Source: Wallemia ichthyophaga EXF-994 (lineage: Eukaryota; Fungi; Basidiomycota). From it: a stretch of 248,000 nt of DNA. The stretch lies in contig NW_008806284.1 of assembly GCF_000400465.1 (NCBI RefSeq), positions 20,001 through 268,000 of the forward strand, in the 5' to 3' direction. A model generated the notes under the pieces. The model did not search any database. It saw only the letters and a list, made by a program, of their open reading frames with translations, and had not been told where the DNA came from. Each line of letters opens with the position of its first letter. The stretch's first letter is position 1. Shown piece by piece: positions 1 through 13,513 of this stretch. The position numbers and the translations under genes are program-made.

Positions 1-881
1 ATCTCTATCCTCCTTGACTGTACGATAGAGAGACTCCATATGAGACACTGGTACAATTTCGTCCTGTCTACCTGAAAGGAAGAGTGTATGTACACTTTTT
101 CCAATTTTCTTTATAGATTCGCCGCTATTCCATTTTTCAGTGCATAAGAAAGTGAAAGGGGTGAGGAGGGGAATGATAGAGGGAATGAGTTGGGGTATAC
201 TAGTAAAAGTGTTTTCTAAAATCAGCGCGTGAATAGAATCTGGATAATCTTTAGCCAAATCTATGCACACAGCTCCACCAATTGACTGTCCATAGAGAAT
301 TACGTTGGTTGATGACGTTAATGGATGTTGCTGGATGAATTTGAGAGCAGCTCTGGCATCAATACGTATACCAGCTTCAGAAGGCACACCTTCACTCTTT
401 CCATAACCTCTGTAGCTAACCATCAAAACATTTGTGTTTAAATTTTTGTAGAAGACTTGGGCGAGTGGAAGGCGATGGCCCTGGTGAGTTTGAGTGTGAG
501 TGTGTGATTGTTTTAACTTAAAACTCACCATATTACCCGCGTTGGCATGGAAGATTATCACAGTTGGTCGTGAACGTGATGTTTGTGATGAGGGGTGTGT
601 TATCAGATAGGCTTTTATCTTATAAGCACCTGATTGCAGTGTTATGTCTTGGTAAGGCATATCGAACCTAGCGAAAGCGGAGGGCGTTGAGCAGTGAACA
701 TTTCTACGCATGCGACACTTACTCATTTGGAGTCATAACGACACTGCGAGAATCAGCAGGCATGTTGGCTGGATAGATTAAGCTTGTTTGATAGATATAG
801 AGGAGAATGGCAGTGCCGCTAATGAGGACTGCTGATACTCCAATAAGGCCCTTGAGGGGAGTGAGATGGTGTGTGTGTCAT
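1..881 (-). CDS. BEM46/ABHD13-family alpha/beta hydrolase (3' end runs off window)
   Basis: Manual translation: N-terminal TM (LIGVSAVLISGTAILLYIYQTSLIYP) and later ENTFTSIP...LFLSGRQDEIVP motifs; multi-exon. Confidence 0.75.
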
Positions 882-939
882 GTAGCCAAGCAACCTTAGT
901 GCACTGCGCTATAACCGATAGAGCCATGACGGTAGCTGA

Positions 940-1619
940 TCAAGGGGCGTATATGAATATCTCGGCTATTTGAAGAGTGGGGGAATTTGCGGGTGGAGTT
1001 GGAGGTGCTTCCGCGTACAAATGACTCGAAATAGTTGAATTGCTCTCGACTACGTCACAGAAGAGATGATCCAAGTCGTCATCGTCGTCATCGTCCTTGT
1101 GGATGTTATCGAGGATAGAATGAAGTGCTTGTTGATTGGTGTGCTGCTCCTCCACCGATAGCGGCTCACTCGGAGAAATTCCATCGTTAATCGATTTCTT
1201 TGTTCGTTTGTGTGGTTTCCGGTGGATTACTTGGAGAGGCGTTACGTTAAGAATACGCTGTATACACATTGAGAGCCCCAATTCCTTTGTCATGTACTTG
1301 AGGCACTCAAAGCTATCCTCTAGCGCTGCGTCATCCAATCCAATCAAATGACCATCGTCCAGAACGCCAATCTGGTACAAACAGCGACCGCGACCCTGCA
1401 ACAGTCTGAACTTCATCTGAGTCATGTACCTGTCCAAACGATCCTTTGTCGTGTTTAGTGTGAGTTTCAGCTGTGGCGGGTGGGTGAGTTGATTGTTCGC
1501 AGTGCAATTCAACACACTTTATACTCAACAAAGCCAACGTCACTCTCTTCAACTATCTTTCTAGTTGGTACTGTATCACTTTGAAGCCACTCCCAAATCG
1601 TTATCCCCGTCGACGTCAT
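940..1619 (-). CDS. Protein consisting of the GTPBP1/2-type N-terminal domain only
   Basis: Spliced EESDVGFVEYK|LKL...RYMTQMKFRL..GRG..LYQIGVLDDG; no P-loop follows before the stop. Confidence 0.6.
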
Positions 1620-1689
1620 TATGCAACCAATTTTCACCAACAAATTTTATCAATTTATTGTTACAATGAATCAATCTAATCGAAGAGAC

Positions 1690-2048
1690 CGAGACCCATG
1701 TCGTCGTCAGACTCTTCCTTAGGCTCTTCCTGTACATATAGGTGGTTAGCGAAAATCTTCCAAGGAATCGTATCAACGAACCTTCTTTGGTGCTTCCTCA
1801 GCGGCGGCTGGAGCGGCACCTGCAGCAGGAGCAGCAGCAGCAGAAGCAGATGGAACAGAAGCGAGCTTCTCGGTACCTTGAGCGATCAACTCCTCGATGT
1901 TCTTGCCGTTAACCTCCTCGATGAGCTTGTTGAGGCGGCTGTCATCAGCTTCGATACCGACAGTTGAGAGGAGCTTCTTGACGTCCTCAGCTGATGGGGA
2001 GGTGTTTCCACCGACGGTGAGCAAAAGGTAGGCAGCGACGAGCTTCAT
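1690..2048 (-). CDS. RPP2: 60S acidic ribosomal protein P2
   Basis: [10 protein letters not shown]...[14 protein letters not shown]; acidic SDDDMG tail in the last exon. Confidence 0.95.
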
Positions 2049-2343
2049 CTGGGAATGTGTGAGTGGTGTACATCATTACTTAAATCTCGCTCACTGTAAC
2101 GACTTAAACTGTTTAAAGGGTGAACCTGGTCCAAGTCTTGAAAGGAGAAGACGCTCAGAGTTTGCCTATTTGCAGTCTGAAGATTTTAAAAAATAACGAA
2201 AATCTAAAAATATTGTAAAATATATTATTATTATATACTCGTTAATTCTAACACACACTCCCCCACGCCCTCACCAAATTTTGTAATTTTCTCTGCTCAT
2301 TCACTCAACTCATAATTTTTCGAATCCCTTGTTGAGAAACAGT

Positions 2344-2866
2344 GATGGCTCCTGAGTTTGACGGTACAACAAGCGCCGCTGAGGCTGCTGAGCTCAAGAA
2401 GCGCCGTACGTTCCGCAAGTTTCAATACCGCGGTGTTGAACTTGAACAACTTCTCGACTTGAAGAATGAGGAGGTTAGTTGAATGGTGTGTTTATAGGGC
2501 ATTTGCTAACATGTCATTCAAAAGTTCATGGACCTCGTTCACGCCCGCGCTCGTAGACGTTTCCAACGTGGTCTTAAGCGTGGTCCTCTCGGTCTCATCA
2601 AGAAGCTTCGTAAGGCTAAGAAGGAGACTCCTCCAAATGAGAAGCCTGCCGTCGTTAAGACCCACCTCCGTGATATGCTCGTCGTCCCTGAAATGATTGG
2701 CTCCCAAGTCGCCATTTACAACGGTAAAGTTTTCAACACTGTCGAAATCAAGCCTGAAATGGTTGCTCACTACTTGGGTGAATTCTCCATCTCCTACAAG
2801 CCTGTCAGACACGGTCGTCCAGGTATCGGTGCCACTAACTCTTCACGTTTCGTTCCACTCAAGTAG
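2344..2866 (+). CDS. RPS15: 40S ribosomal protein S15 (uS19)
   Basis: [15 protein letters not shown]...[16 protein letters not shown]; one intron. Confidence 0.97.
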
Positions 2867-2937
2867 GTGCGGTATGGGTGTACAAGTGTTTCAAATAGCA
2901 TGCATTTCATTCTAGTACTGGCTTCATAATTTATCGT

Positions 2938-4091
2938 CTAATCAAATGGTATGCGACGTATCGAGTTGTTGGGTTTGCTACTCGCCGCTGCCGCTTCTCC
3001 GAATGCTGATGGCACGGGTATTCCACAACAGTCACTTCCAAATCCTCCATGATGTTGTGTGCGATCGACTGTTCCTGCTTTTTGTGTGTGTGTATGTGTA
3101 TGTCCACATCCGTCTACCTCCTCTGCATGCACCGGAACACCTTCAGGTGCCTGCAAAATACTTCCAAACATAAAATGCTGCACAATTGGCAACTTGCTCA
3201 ACACTTCTGCTCTAAACATTTTGAACATTCCCTCATTTACCTTTTTCCATGTTTTAACTGCGCTGATATCGTCCAACATGGGCGAATGCCATCTCAAAGA
3301 AGCCGTTTTGATAGAGTTGATGAATTTAATACAGCTGAGATACATATACTCATCTGCCATTTCGAACATAACTTCCGGATCGTGTATGCTCTTTGGACGT
3401 AGGTATTTGTGCGCACTGAGCTGACCAGCACCCCAGAGGAAAGGGAGGAAATGGTAATCATCTAACCCCCAAACACCATGACTGCCAGCTGGTTCTAACC
3501 AGAATGTTGATTGCAGTTTGCGCATGATTGTGATATATCTCCAAAACACTCTAAGTACCAAAGCAGCCTCATCGCCAGGACCGAAGACACCTAAACGATC
3601 CAAGCAGATAAGCCAGCATATAAAGTTGAGCTCCATACCACTGCCATAGTCGATGCGCTGTCTATTACCCCAAGATTCATTGAAATAGGTGGAGACTTCT
3701 GGTATAGCCTCGCTGGGTATATCTAAAGCTTTGTGCAGCGATGGACTGGCCTGTAAATGGGTGTCATAAGAGGCATAAACCACGCTAGTAATCCACCCAC
3801 CTCCACTACTCTATCGAGAAAATCACGGAATCCAGGATTACCGAAGCGTGACTGCTTGTTGTCGATAGGCGGGGACTGTTCTGTGATAGCATCCACTCTA
3901 TCCAGCACACTGAGCACTTTGTACACTCCAGCAGATATGTGCACCTCATCAGTCAGCTTCACGTCGACCACAGCCCCGTTGAGTCTGTCAATGTACTCGA
4001 GCAGGGCGTTGAATGTATCGCTTTGCTTGAATAGCTCGAGGTGCTCATCCAATACGATTCTCTTGGTTGGCTCGGTGTATTTGTATGTCAT
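2938..4091 (-). CDS. RRD2: PP2A activator (PTPA/Rrd2)
   Basis: RIDYGSGMELNF, LEPAGSHGVWGLDDYHFLP. Confidence 0.9.
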
Positions 4092-4213
4092 GGATGTTTG
4101 TGATTACGAGTTACAGTTGGGAATGAAAATTATGGTGAAAATTCAATCATCTTCCAAATAACTTAGTTTTCTATTACATGAGTCTTGCTTTTCTAACTAG
4201 CCAGTTTAACCCT

Positions 4214-5571
4214 TTACGCCCTAGCTTCGTGGAGCTGCATTGCACAATCTTCTCCACCACTAGCGAGTAGACCGCCATCCCAATCCACGCCCAGTATCTT
4301 GTTCTGCTTTTCTGTCTTCCCATTTGCTGGATTCCTAACGACGGTGAAGAGTGCCTGTTTTGGTGATCTCACATCCCAAAGCTTGACATTTCCATCGAGG
4401 GCAGCACTAGCCAAGTGGTGAGGCGAGTGAGGATGAGAGGCGACGCTCTCGACGACACTCCCATGGCCCCAGAGTTTCTGGGCTACGTTGCTGGTGCTGC
4501 TGCTACGCGTATCCCATACACACACACTCCTATCGACGTGTCCACTCACCGCCACGCCATGGAGATTAAGTGAGTCAACACAGCGCAAAGCGCTGGCAGC
4601 TACGCGAGAGTCGCTCTCCAGCCCGACGCCGACATCCCACAGTCGGAGAGTATGGTCAGCACCAGCCGAGTATGCGCGCGTCTGGTCCTCCTTGGCGAAA
4701 GACACGCCATTAACAGCTCCCGTGTGACCGCGCAGACGGTGTATCGGGGCTTTACGCACGGCTTCCACGGCTGCCGGCTTGCTCTTCCTCCTCTTCTTGA
4801 CGGGCTCTTCTGGATCGGCGTCCACCTCGTGCGCCGAGGGCGTGCGCGTGTCCCACAGACACACCAACCCATCCCAGTCGCTGCTGAGCAGGGTGTGTGG
4901 CTCGCTGGGGAGGAGCGGTGGAGCGACTGCGAGTGCAGACACCGGCGCAGCGTGCGCGGTGCATTGCAGCGTCTGCGACGGCTTGCCTGCGTCTATATCC
5001 CACATCCGCACCGTGCAGTCACGTCCACCTGTCACCACTGCATTGCCTACCCATTCGCCCGCTAGCACCGGCCCCACGTGGCCGAGAAGCTCCACTGTCT
5101 TCTCGCTGCGGCTGTTCCACACACTCGCAACACCGTCGTAGCTCGTCGTCAGGAACTTGTGCTCGTTGTGCGCTGTGCGGTTTATAGAGACACTCGACAC
5201 CCAGTCGTCGTGCTCGTACGTGCTGAGGTGCTTCGGTGGGAGGATCGACGGTACGTACGAGAGGTGTAGCGTTTCTTCCTGTGTTGTGTTGTTAGTAAAT
5301 TTGTACACGGCATATCCACCGATCCACCCACGCCATTGCTGTGGTTGCTAAGGACACTCGTTAGCTTTCCCCCAGCGCTGTCCTCGCCTATAAAGAAATC
5401 AAATGGCACGGCAGATACATTCTCGAGGAGGTTGTTGATCAGCTGCGATAGCTGGAAACGCTTCCAGGTGCTCGGTATCATGTACATCTCCTCTGGGATC
5501 TTGTGCTCATTGGAGATTGAATGCAGTATTACTGGTATGTTTCTACCATCCGCTGTGCTCATTTGGTGGGT
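4214..5571 (-). CDS. YTM1: Ribosome biogenesis WD40 protein Ytm1/WDR12
   Basis: NLE N-terminal domain (VPFDFFI) plus WD repeats (HDDWVSSV, LWDTR, LWDVR). Confidence 0.9.
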
Positions 5572-5669
5572 TTCGTCGATAGCAGCGAATCAAGAGGGAA
5601 GACGGCGTAAATTGCAATTTTAATACATTTTATACATATATAGCTTGGCAAAGATTGTATTTCCCAATA

Positions 5670-7113
5670 TCAATCCTCCTCCGCGAACATTTCTGCCTTC
5701 CCCGTAGCCGCCTGGTAGATACGCATCGCTTCCTCCACCGCACACTCGGAAGGCTGGATAAATGGCGCTGTGACTGTGATTGGCGTGCTGACGGTGTGTA
5801 TATTGTCCTTGTCTGCATCCACATCCTCATACTCCACCTCCTCCTCGGTGTATATTGACATAAACGCAATATCGTCTTCTGTCTCGATGAGGCTGGTGAT
5901 ATATGGTCGAAAGAGATCCTCAAGTCTTCCACGCTCGTTGCCCACCAGATTTACCACTAGATAAACCATATAATACCCCACAGGACACACTCCCGCGCTA
6001 GCACCCTCATAATGCGCCTGAACAGCATTAGCGAAGGCAATACCTGGCTCGTAGACGATGATGGGTGATTCAGGGAGCGGGTTGAGGGTTGGCGGGTTAC
6101 TCAGCACCATCACTACCCTCCCCAGCTCATTCCGACGCTTCTCGTTTGTTGATATACCGAATGGGGTGAGTGTGGGCGTGTGGCCTATCACACAGCCCGC
6201 ATTGAACACCCCATCTATACCACTCATTCGTATGTTGTATCGCCCATCACATTCTACCACATCCTCGATGTCGTGGTTGAGAATGAATGTAGTGCCGCGT
6301 ACAGCGCTCGATCTGCATTTGGTGGTGAGTTGTGCTGGGTAAATCAACAATAACACTCCCCGCTCACCTGCAGTATCCCTGTATTATGTCGCCAACACCC
6401 CCATACTGCGCGTAGAGGAAGCTCGACGGTCCGTAAGCGCCATGAGCATGCAGATACGAAGCAATGCGATCGAGTACCTGGTGAGATGGCTCAAACAGCG
6501 AGATAGCCATCCCGAATGAGAACACAAGCGAGTGAAATAGCTTGGTTGGTATTCCTGCATCAAACTCACTCAGTTTCACATTCGCCCCGCTTTTGTAGTC
6601 CCCATTAGACACCGACTGGAGGAATTTCATCAACATACGCTTCTCTCGCACGTTAATATCACTTCGAAAGACTTCCTGCTTCGATTTAGGTATCTGGGTA
6701 AACTGCCCGCTGGCGTTGTACACCAATCCATCAACAAGTTTGAATTCGAGGTAATTGAATATCGACGATTTGAGAATGTTCTGCAGCTGCGTTGGTGCGT
6801 TTCTCTGCGTAAGAAGCACACTGGGGTGCAGACTGATCAGGAACTTGTGTGGATTGTCGACTTTGTTGATTTGTGAAGGTGCTGTGAAGGAGGATAGAGG
6901 AAGCGTGGCCCAGCTACCCCCATAGTAATCGTTCTTATCGACATGCAAGCACTTGTAGCCAGAAGAAGCGAGTGCACTGATGTCGTCATCGTCGTGAGCT
7001 CAGTGCGTCCACCAGCTAACCCCCACACACCTAGAAAGCAAAGACTGCGTATAACCCGTTCCAATTATCAAAAAATCGAACAAGTTTTCATTTATCGGAG
7101 TTGTCGATGACAT
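5670..7113 (-). CDS. MRS6: Rab escort protein / GDI family
   Basis: FDFLIIGTG..., LHVDKNDYYGGSWA, QYGGVGDIIQGYCR.SAV.G. Confidence 0.8.
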
Positions 7114-7149
7114 GACGGTAGACATACAAGAAATAAAGACATCAACACA

Positions 7150-8075
7150 TCAGGTCAGTCCAGGCTCTTCATCGATCGATCTCTTTATCTTGAGCATTAT
7201 CGTCGTCTTCCAGTTATCCAATTTAGTCATCTTGTCGTAATCCACAACTAGTCCCGTGTACTGCTCCTGATCGCCCTGCTCGATGGCGTCAATAGCGCCT
7301 GATAAGAATTTATATTCGCGCGACTGCTGGAAGGAGGGATCCATTTGGGTGTATTCCGCAATAGCGCGTCCCGCATCAACAATATCACCCGCAGCGAGCC
7401 AACAAAGCCCAGCCTTGAAGAAGTAATCCTTCACGCTGAATCTGGTGAGGGGTGATTCGAGTGACTGTTTAATCACCTTATCGTAGTTACTAATAGCGCG
7501 TTTGTACTGCTCGAGTTGTGCTGCGATATCTGCGACGTCTTTGTAACACGCGCTTGCTGTTGCCTTTGCATCCTCCTGTTCGTACCACTGCGCGGATTTC
7601 TCGTAGGATTCCAGAGCCAGTGTGAGATCGCCCTGCTCTGTGAGATGTATCGAGGCGATCTCTTTCATTCTGTCAGCAGCTTGTCTGAATCTGCCTGATT
7701 CGAGCAGTCCATTCACTGCTCTCTGGTAGGCGTCTACGGCGACTGATAGGAGGTTAATTAGGACGATTTAAAAGACAAACACTACACACGCTCTGGATTT
7801 GATTGCTTATATGCCTTGCCTGCCTCCCAGAAATGCTGGTTAGCTTCATTCCTCTCGTCTGCTTTTATGGCGCATTCTCCAGCCCTGACAAAGGCTTCAC
7901 CAGCCTCCTTGAACATCTGGTCGATTTTGAACTTATTCGCTGCATCTCTGAACATATCTGCTGCATCCTGCTTGCGCTCCCTGTTAGCACTAGCGCCCCA
8001 GCTAAACAATCCACCTGATTGGTTTGCCTTTTTCTCTGCTTTCTGGTATAATGCTGATCCCTGTGATTTTCCCAT
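7150..8075 (-). CDS. SEC17: alpha-SNAP
   Basis: GRFRQAA, KYDKMTKLDNWKTTIMLKIK. Confidence 0.92.
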
Positions 8076-8125
8076 GTCTCGTCAGTGGATGTGCGTTGCG
8101 TGGATGATGACACTTGGACTTGCCA

Positions 8126-9014
8126 ATGAACCTTTATGATGTAAATAAAATTAACTTGACCCACTCGGCTGGCGATTGACGGACGCAATTCCAGGAAGTT
8201 AGACTCTACTCCAACACCGCCGAGCGCGATAGATTTGAGAACCTCGCCACGCTATTCGGCATCATACACTCGCTCGACTATTTGGAGAGAGCGTATGTGA
8301 GGGATTCTATAACGCAATCGCAGTACGCTCCTGCTTGCGTGAAGCTACTTGCGCAGTTCAAAACCATATTGAAGTTGGTAGCTGGGGATATTGCCGGATC
8401 TGTTGATGAATTCATGGCGCAGTATAATGTGAGTGTGGGGTGTTTTTTAAGTTTTATACTCAATTTGACCTTTCAGATGGATTGCCCTGCCGCTGCTCAT
8501 CGCCTGCATGTCGGTGTGCCTGCTACTGTCGAACACTCGGCGGAGGAGGGCGTCGAGACTGGTAAATGGGTAGCTGAAACGACTCAGGTGATTTTAATCT
8601 TTATGTTAGCTATTAAACCCCATCTAACACCCCAAAGTGCTTCATTACGTTTATGGATGCTCTCAGACTCAACCTGCGTGCTAAAGACCAGCTCCATCCC
8701 ATGCTAACAGACCTCATGAGCGTGTATTCCCGCTTCAAAGGCTCGGCAGAGTGGGAAGGTAGGCCGAAACTCGTTGGCTGGTGAGTGTTTCGATTTTTAG
8801 GTCATGTCGTATGTCGAATGTCTCACAATGTAAACAAATTTGCAGGTTGATCAGCCTCAACAAGATGAAAGCAGCTGATGAGATTACAGATGAGCAGTCA
8901 CGGCAGGTGAGTGTCTATTTAAACTCTTAATCCCAACTCAAACCCGCCACAGATGCTGTTCGACGTTGACCACGCTTATAACGAATTTTTTAGATCATTG
9001 GGTAACGACATTAA
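8126..9014 (+). CDS. VPS28: ESCRT-I subunit Vps28
   Basis: ENLATLFGII..LDYLERAYVRDS, MDCPAA.HRL.VGVPATVEH; multi-exon. Confidence 0.92.
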
Positions 9015-9480
9015 TTAGTACAAGATGTAAAGTGATTGTAAGAGTAGATAGACTGATAATGTTGCTATCGACGTCAGATTCGAGCTTGCAATGTTGTAAG
9101 CAGCTTGTGTTTTGAGGGTGTATGGTATGTGTTGGCTAAATTGTTGAATCTGGTGTATGTTTATACTCAAGTAGTTCAATGCAGGAAGAAGAAGCACTAA
9201 CAAGCTGGCCAATTCCAGCTTGTACCGCCTGTAGATGAAGGTGTTTATCAGCTGAGAAGACAGACCAAGGACAAAGAGCGTGTTCATGAACACCTTGACA
9301 GCCTGTGGGCTGTGGTTGAATGTGGTGTAGAATCCAATGGAGTTGTCTGCGTTGAATTTGTTTTGGGTGTCCACCAGAAGTTTCAGGTCCTGGGTGAGGC
9401 ATATGAAGAGAATGCCGAGGCTAAAAGAGACGGAAGAAAGGGTGATGCTCTTGAGGAATGTCCTAGAGGTATATAAGCAA
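9015..9480 (-). CDS. Shr3-like ER membrane chaperone
   Basis: Four hydrophobic segments, SFSLGILF...NHSP...IASSN..LLLQ pattern; start uncertain. Confidence 0.55.
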
Positions 9481-9591
9481 AGACCTAGTAATCTTGAGTA
9501 TTTTCAGACTTGCATTTCCAAACACTTGATCGTTGTAAATGAAGCGCCTCTTGGTGAGTAACGACGAGGATACTTGAGATAATTATTTAAT

Positions 9592-10280
9592 ATGGTGAGC
9601 TATTAGGTGATATACTGCGATATATATATCTAAGCTCACCAAACCACAGCCACCTCCAAAGCCAAAGAACTCACGAATGCTGACGCTGATCAACTACAGA
9701 CTGAGAGTGACGCTTAACGACACTCGTCAGATAATTGGACAAATGTTGGCATTCGATAGGCATATGAATTTGGTTCTCGTTGATTCTATCGAGTTTAGAA
9801 GGCTCAAAGGTCCTTCAAACCAGGGCGACATTCCCAAAGAAATGAAGAGAGCGCTTGGACTAATTGTGCTGCGTGGAGAGACTATCATTTCAATATCCGT
9901 CGAAGGTCCACCACCAGTTAAGGATGAGGAACCAATTTCTGCTGGTCCTGGGCTCGGTGCTCCAGCAGGCAGAGGAATGCCACTGGGTGCAGGTATGGGA
10001 GCTGCCCCACCCGCTTTCCAGGCTCGTCCAATGCCATATGCTGGTGGTCCTCCACCTCCTGGGTTCCCGGGACCTGCGCCTGGATTCAGACCACCACCGG
10101 GGTGAGTTTTGCGCGAATTTTGAGTTGATTCAAAGTTAATAACGATGACTTAGATTCCCTGGTGCTCCTTCAATGCCTGGATTTCCAACACCGCCTCCTG
10201 GGTGAGCTATCTAAACCACCAAAACAATCCATACTAACACAGCAAACAGCTTCGGCGGTATGCGTCCACCACCAAGCTAA
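9592..10280 (+). CDS. SMB1: snRNP core protein SmB
   Basis: Sm fold GQMLAFDRHMNLVL; Pro/Gly-rich tail. Confidence 0.93.
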
Positions 10281-10371
10281 GCAGGCCCAGAATATTTATT
10301 AAAAATTAATTTGTATCTCCCATAAACCTCCGCCTTCTCTCTTTCTGCTTGACGATCAACTGTATTATGCA

Positions 10372-12645
10372 ATGGCTATGGTGGGTGATATGGATATGGG
10401 CGTTATACACGCGTCTAATCGCAGCAAACAGGACGATATACACAACATAGTCACTGATAGCGTACAAGGCATCCTCACCGATGACGGCATCCCCGCTAGC
10501 CAGCTCCCAGATATCATCTCCAATCTCGCTCGAGACGGCCACCTCTCCAACTTTATCACCAAAGAGACGCTTGAGAATGTGAAGCACTTTGCCAGCACAG
10601 ACAGACTCAACGCGACATATGTCAGCCTCGATGGTTTGCTTTCTCTTATCGACTCTCTTCTCGTGTCCTCGCCAAAACAAGACAGCCTGCTCGATGAGGA
10701 GCCTCTCGACGAAATAAGCTTTATACAGAATATGGGTGATAGTCCTGTCACTAAAGATAAGGCTAAGGACGGCGTTACCCCAAAAATTAGTCGCACCAAC
10801 AAATTCAAAAGACCGAAACCAGCGCGTAAATTCGTCAGATCCAACTCGAGCTATACCGATACCAGTGACTACTACTCGTCTGACAATGATAACGATTTCG
10901 CTCTGCACTCTCCAACCAGCTCGCCGCCCCAGACACCAAATATCGACAACAAGGAAAATCTAAGCGGGTTTGACGGGCTGATGCTGTCGAATGCACCCTC
11001 TAACAACGCCTTATCGAATGTAGGTTGTTTTAGGTCAATATGAGGCAACTGACTCACTTCCTCAGGACGCTCTGATACACACCCAGAACCAGATCAAGGA
11101 TCTCGAGAAACGTAACGCGGATCTCGAGAAAAGGCTCAAGGAAGCTGAACGTTCGTACACGCAGACGACCAGTCAGAACGAAGACTATATATCCATCATG
11201 GAAGACCAGCTCAAGGAGGTAGGTCGTGTGGTGATGTGGGTTTAAAAGTGTCTAACGCACTCCCAGAATGATGCCAAGCTGGAAGCACTCGTGCGCGATG
11301 AGAAAGATTTGCGAGCAAAGGACCGCCAGAACATGTTCACTATCAACAAGCTCGAGCATGATATTGCAACATACCAGCGTCAGGCTGAGTCCGCGCGTAT
11401 CCAGGCTAGTAGTCTGCAGAGCCAATTGGGGGATGTGAATGGTGGGTGAAGCCTGCAGTGTGCATAGTGAGTGTTAATCACGCCATCCAGATGAAATCGA
11501 TTCCCTCCGAGATAGCCTCCGCGATAAGGACAGGGATGTTCGCGAAGCGCGTAGCAGGGCTGACAAATACGAGCATGAAATGGGCAAAGTGGGTGCTTGA
11601 TCATTCGAGTTTTTTCCTTTCTTACACTGACCAGTGGGAGAATGAGCGGAAGGGGTACGATGATGCACTCCAGCGCATCAAAACACATCTCGATGTGGCG
11701 AGGAAATCGGAGCGCGTGCTGGAGGTGCAAAAGACTGAGAATCTCGGATTGAAAGTGGGTGTTCTGTGCACGACATACTCCATACTAACACACCCTTCGC
11801 AGGAAACAATAGACAGACTGCGCGGTGATCTCAGCCATCAACTCGCCTACAACGGGAGTGGAAGTGGAGGGGCAGACGAGACGGGTGGACAGCTCGGCAG
11901 TGTGTCGCGTAATCTTGGCAAAGAGCTAGCGCGGCAGTTAACAGAAGACGGCGAGCATGATAATCAAAACCCCACTAACGCTCGCACTCGGCATGAATTG
12001 GGCGAGGGCGAGATTGAAACTATCGTTACTACGCGAAGAAGGAAAGTGAAACCAAGTGTGGAAGTGGCCGTTGGAGTTGGCTCGAAGGAGGGCGGTACCG
12101 CAGAGCATCATGGCTTGGAAGAAGCACAGGCAGACGCAGAACCTGCCATCGAATCACCTCCGCCGTACTCCCAGGGCCAGGCTGGATTTGAGTATGTTGA
12201 CGACGTACGCAAGGTGTGTAGCCGCGGAGTGCAAGTATCTGTAAATAGTCGGGGTGTCGATACGCAGACGGAAGTGGACAGTCAAGCGGAAATTAACGAT
12301 GGAAGCAAACGTGCCGATAATGAAAAAGAAACGAAAGGGAAAACTATATGGAGTAAATTATACGCCATATTCAAAATATCAAGTAGAAAACCAAACGTTA
12401 TACCTATATACTCCACCATAGTATTCCTGTGTGGGATGATTGGCGGTGCGTGGATACTGCCGTCGACGACAAGCTCCGTTGAGTCGCTCAGGACGGTGTC
12501 GGGGGTAGATGAGAGAGCCATGTTCGTCGCATACAACACATTCGAAGGCGCTACTTGGTTCCTAAACACTGATAATCGCCTCGTTCACTTTATTCAGAGC
12601 GTCGTGTGGAGCGGCGTAGACACGTCTCAGCTATTCCCGGCGTAG
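10372..12645 (+). CDS. Coiled-coil tail-anchored protein, possibly Kms1-like KASH protein
   Basis: EF-hand-like N-terminus, coiled coil exons, single C-terminal TM, short tail ending LFPA. Confidence 0.5.
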
Positions 12646-12802
12646 TGTAGACTATTGGCTATGACTTATGCATTCATGTTACCAAGACTGACAGTCAGCT
12701 GAATGAGGTGGAGATATGAAATGCTTGTTTGAATGACGTTACAAATGCTATAATTTAGCTGCTGGTTGTTTATTAGAGTAAGAAATTTGCAGAGAGATGA
12801 AA

Positions 12803-13513
12803 TTAATCAAGTTGAGAGAGTAATAGTAATAGTCCAGTTGTAGATCTAAGAAAAGGCGGAAGAGGTCCTGGTTGGAATTGGCCAAAGCAGCAGCAGCGTC
12901 TAGATGAGGCATCCGACGGCAGTGAGGAGGAGAGCAGCGGCAGCAGTAGCGACGCCGGTGTGAGTAGCTGAGCTATCGTCGTCGTCGGTGTTGTCGCCGT
13001 CGCCATCGTTATTATTGTTAGGGTTAGTAGGGCTAGGCGAGGCAGTTGACGAAGAAGATGGAGTGTAGTTCTCGCTGAACGAGCTAGCCTGCGATGGGCT
13101 GAAGTTGGCGAAAGCTTTACCGTAGACTTGCGCTTGGGCCGAAAGGTTGAAACCGCCGTTGCTCAAACAGTCGACACATTCGTCGTTGCTGTTGAGTGTG
13201 TGCACCATTTCGGGATACACACACGAGTAGTATTCGGTAGTGTTGCCATTCGCGCTGTCGTGGCAATCGAGGTCTGATTGACGGAAATTCGAGCACGAGT
13301 TGTCGTAGCAGTTGCTCAGCTGGTCGTTGTGCGATGGGGTGACTGTATCCGTGGCGTCCGTGTCTGCTGAGGCGTCCGTGTCTGCGGAGCCGGTGTTGCT
13401 GCCGTCTGCAAGTGCAAATTAGTTGTCTGTGCCTGTGCGCAACAAGCCCACTTACCCTGAGCAAGAACACCAGTGAGGAGAAGGGCTGTAGAGAGAAGAG
13501 CTGTGATTTGCAT
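12803..13513 (-). CDS. Secreted Cys-containing, probably GPI-anchored protein
   Basis: Signal peptide MQITALLSTALLLTGVLAQ, six-Cys domain, S/T/N-rich linker, hydrophobic C-terminus. Confidence 0.7.
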
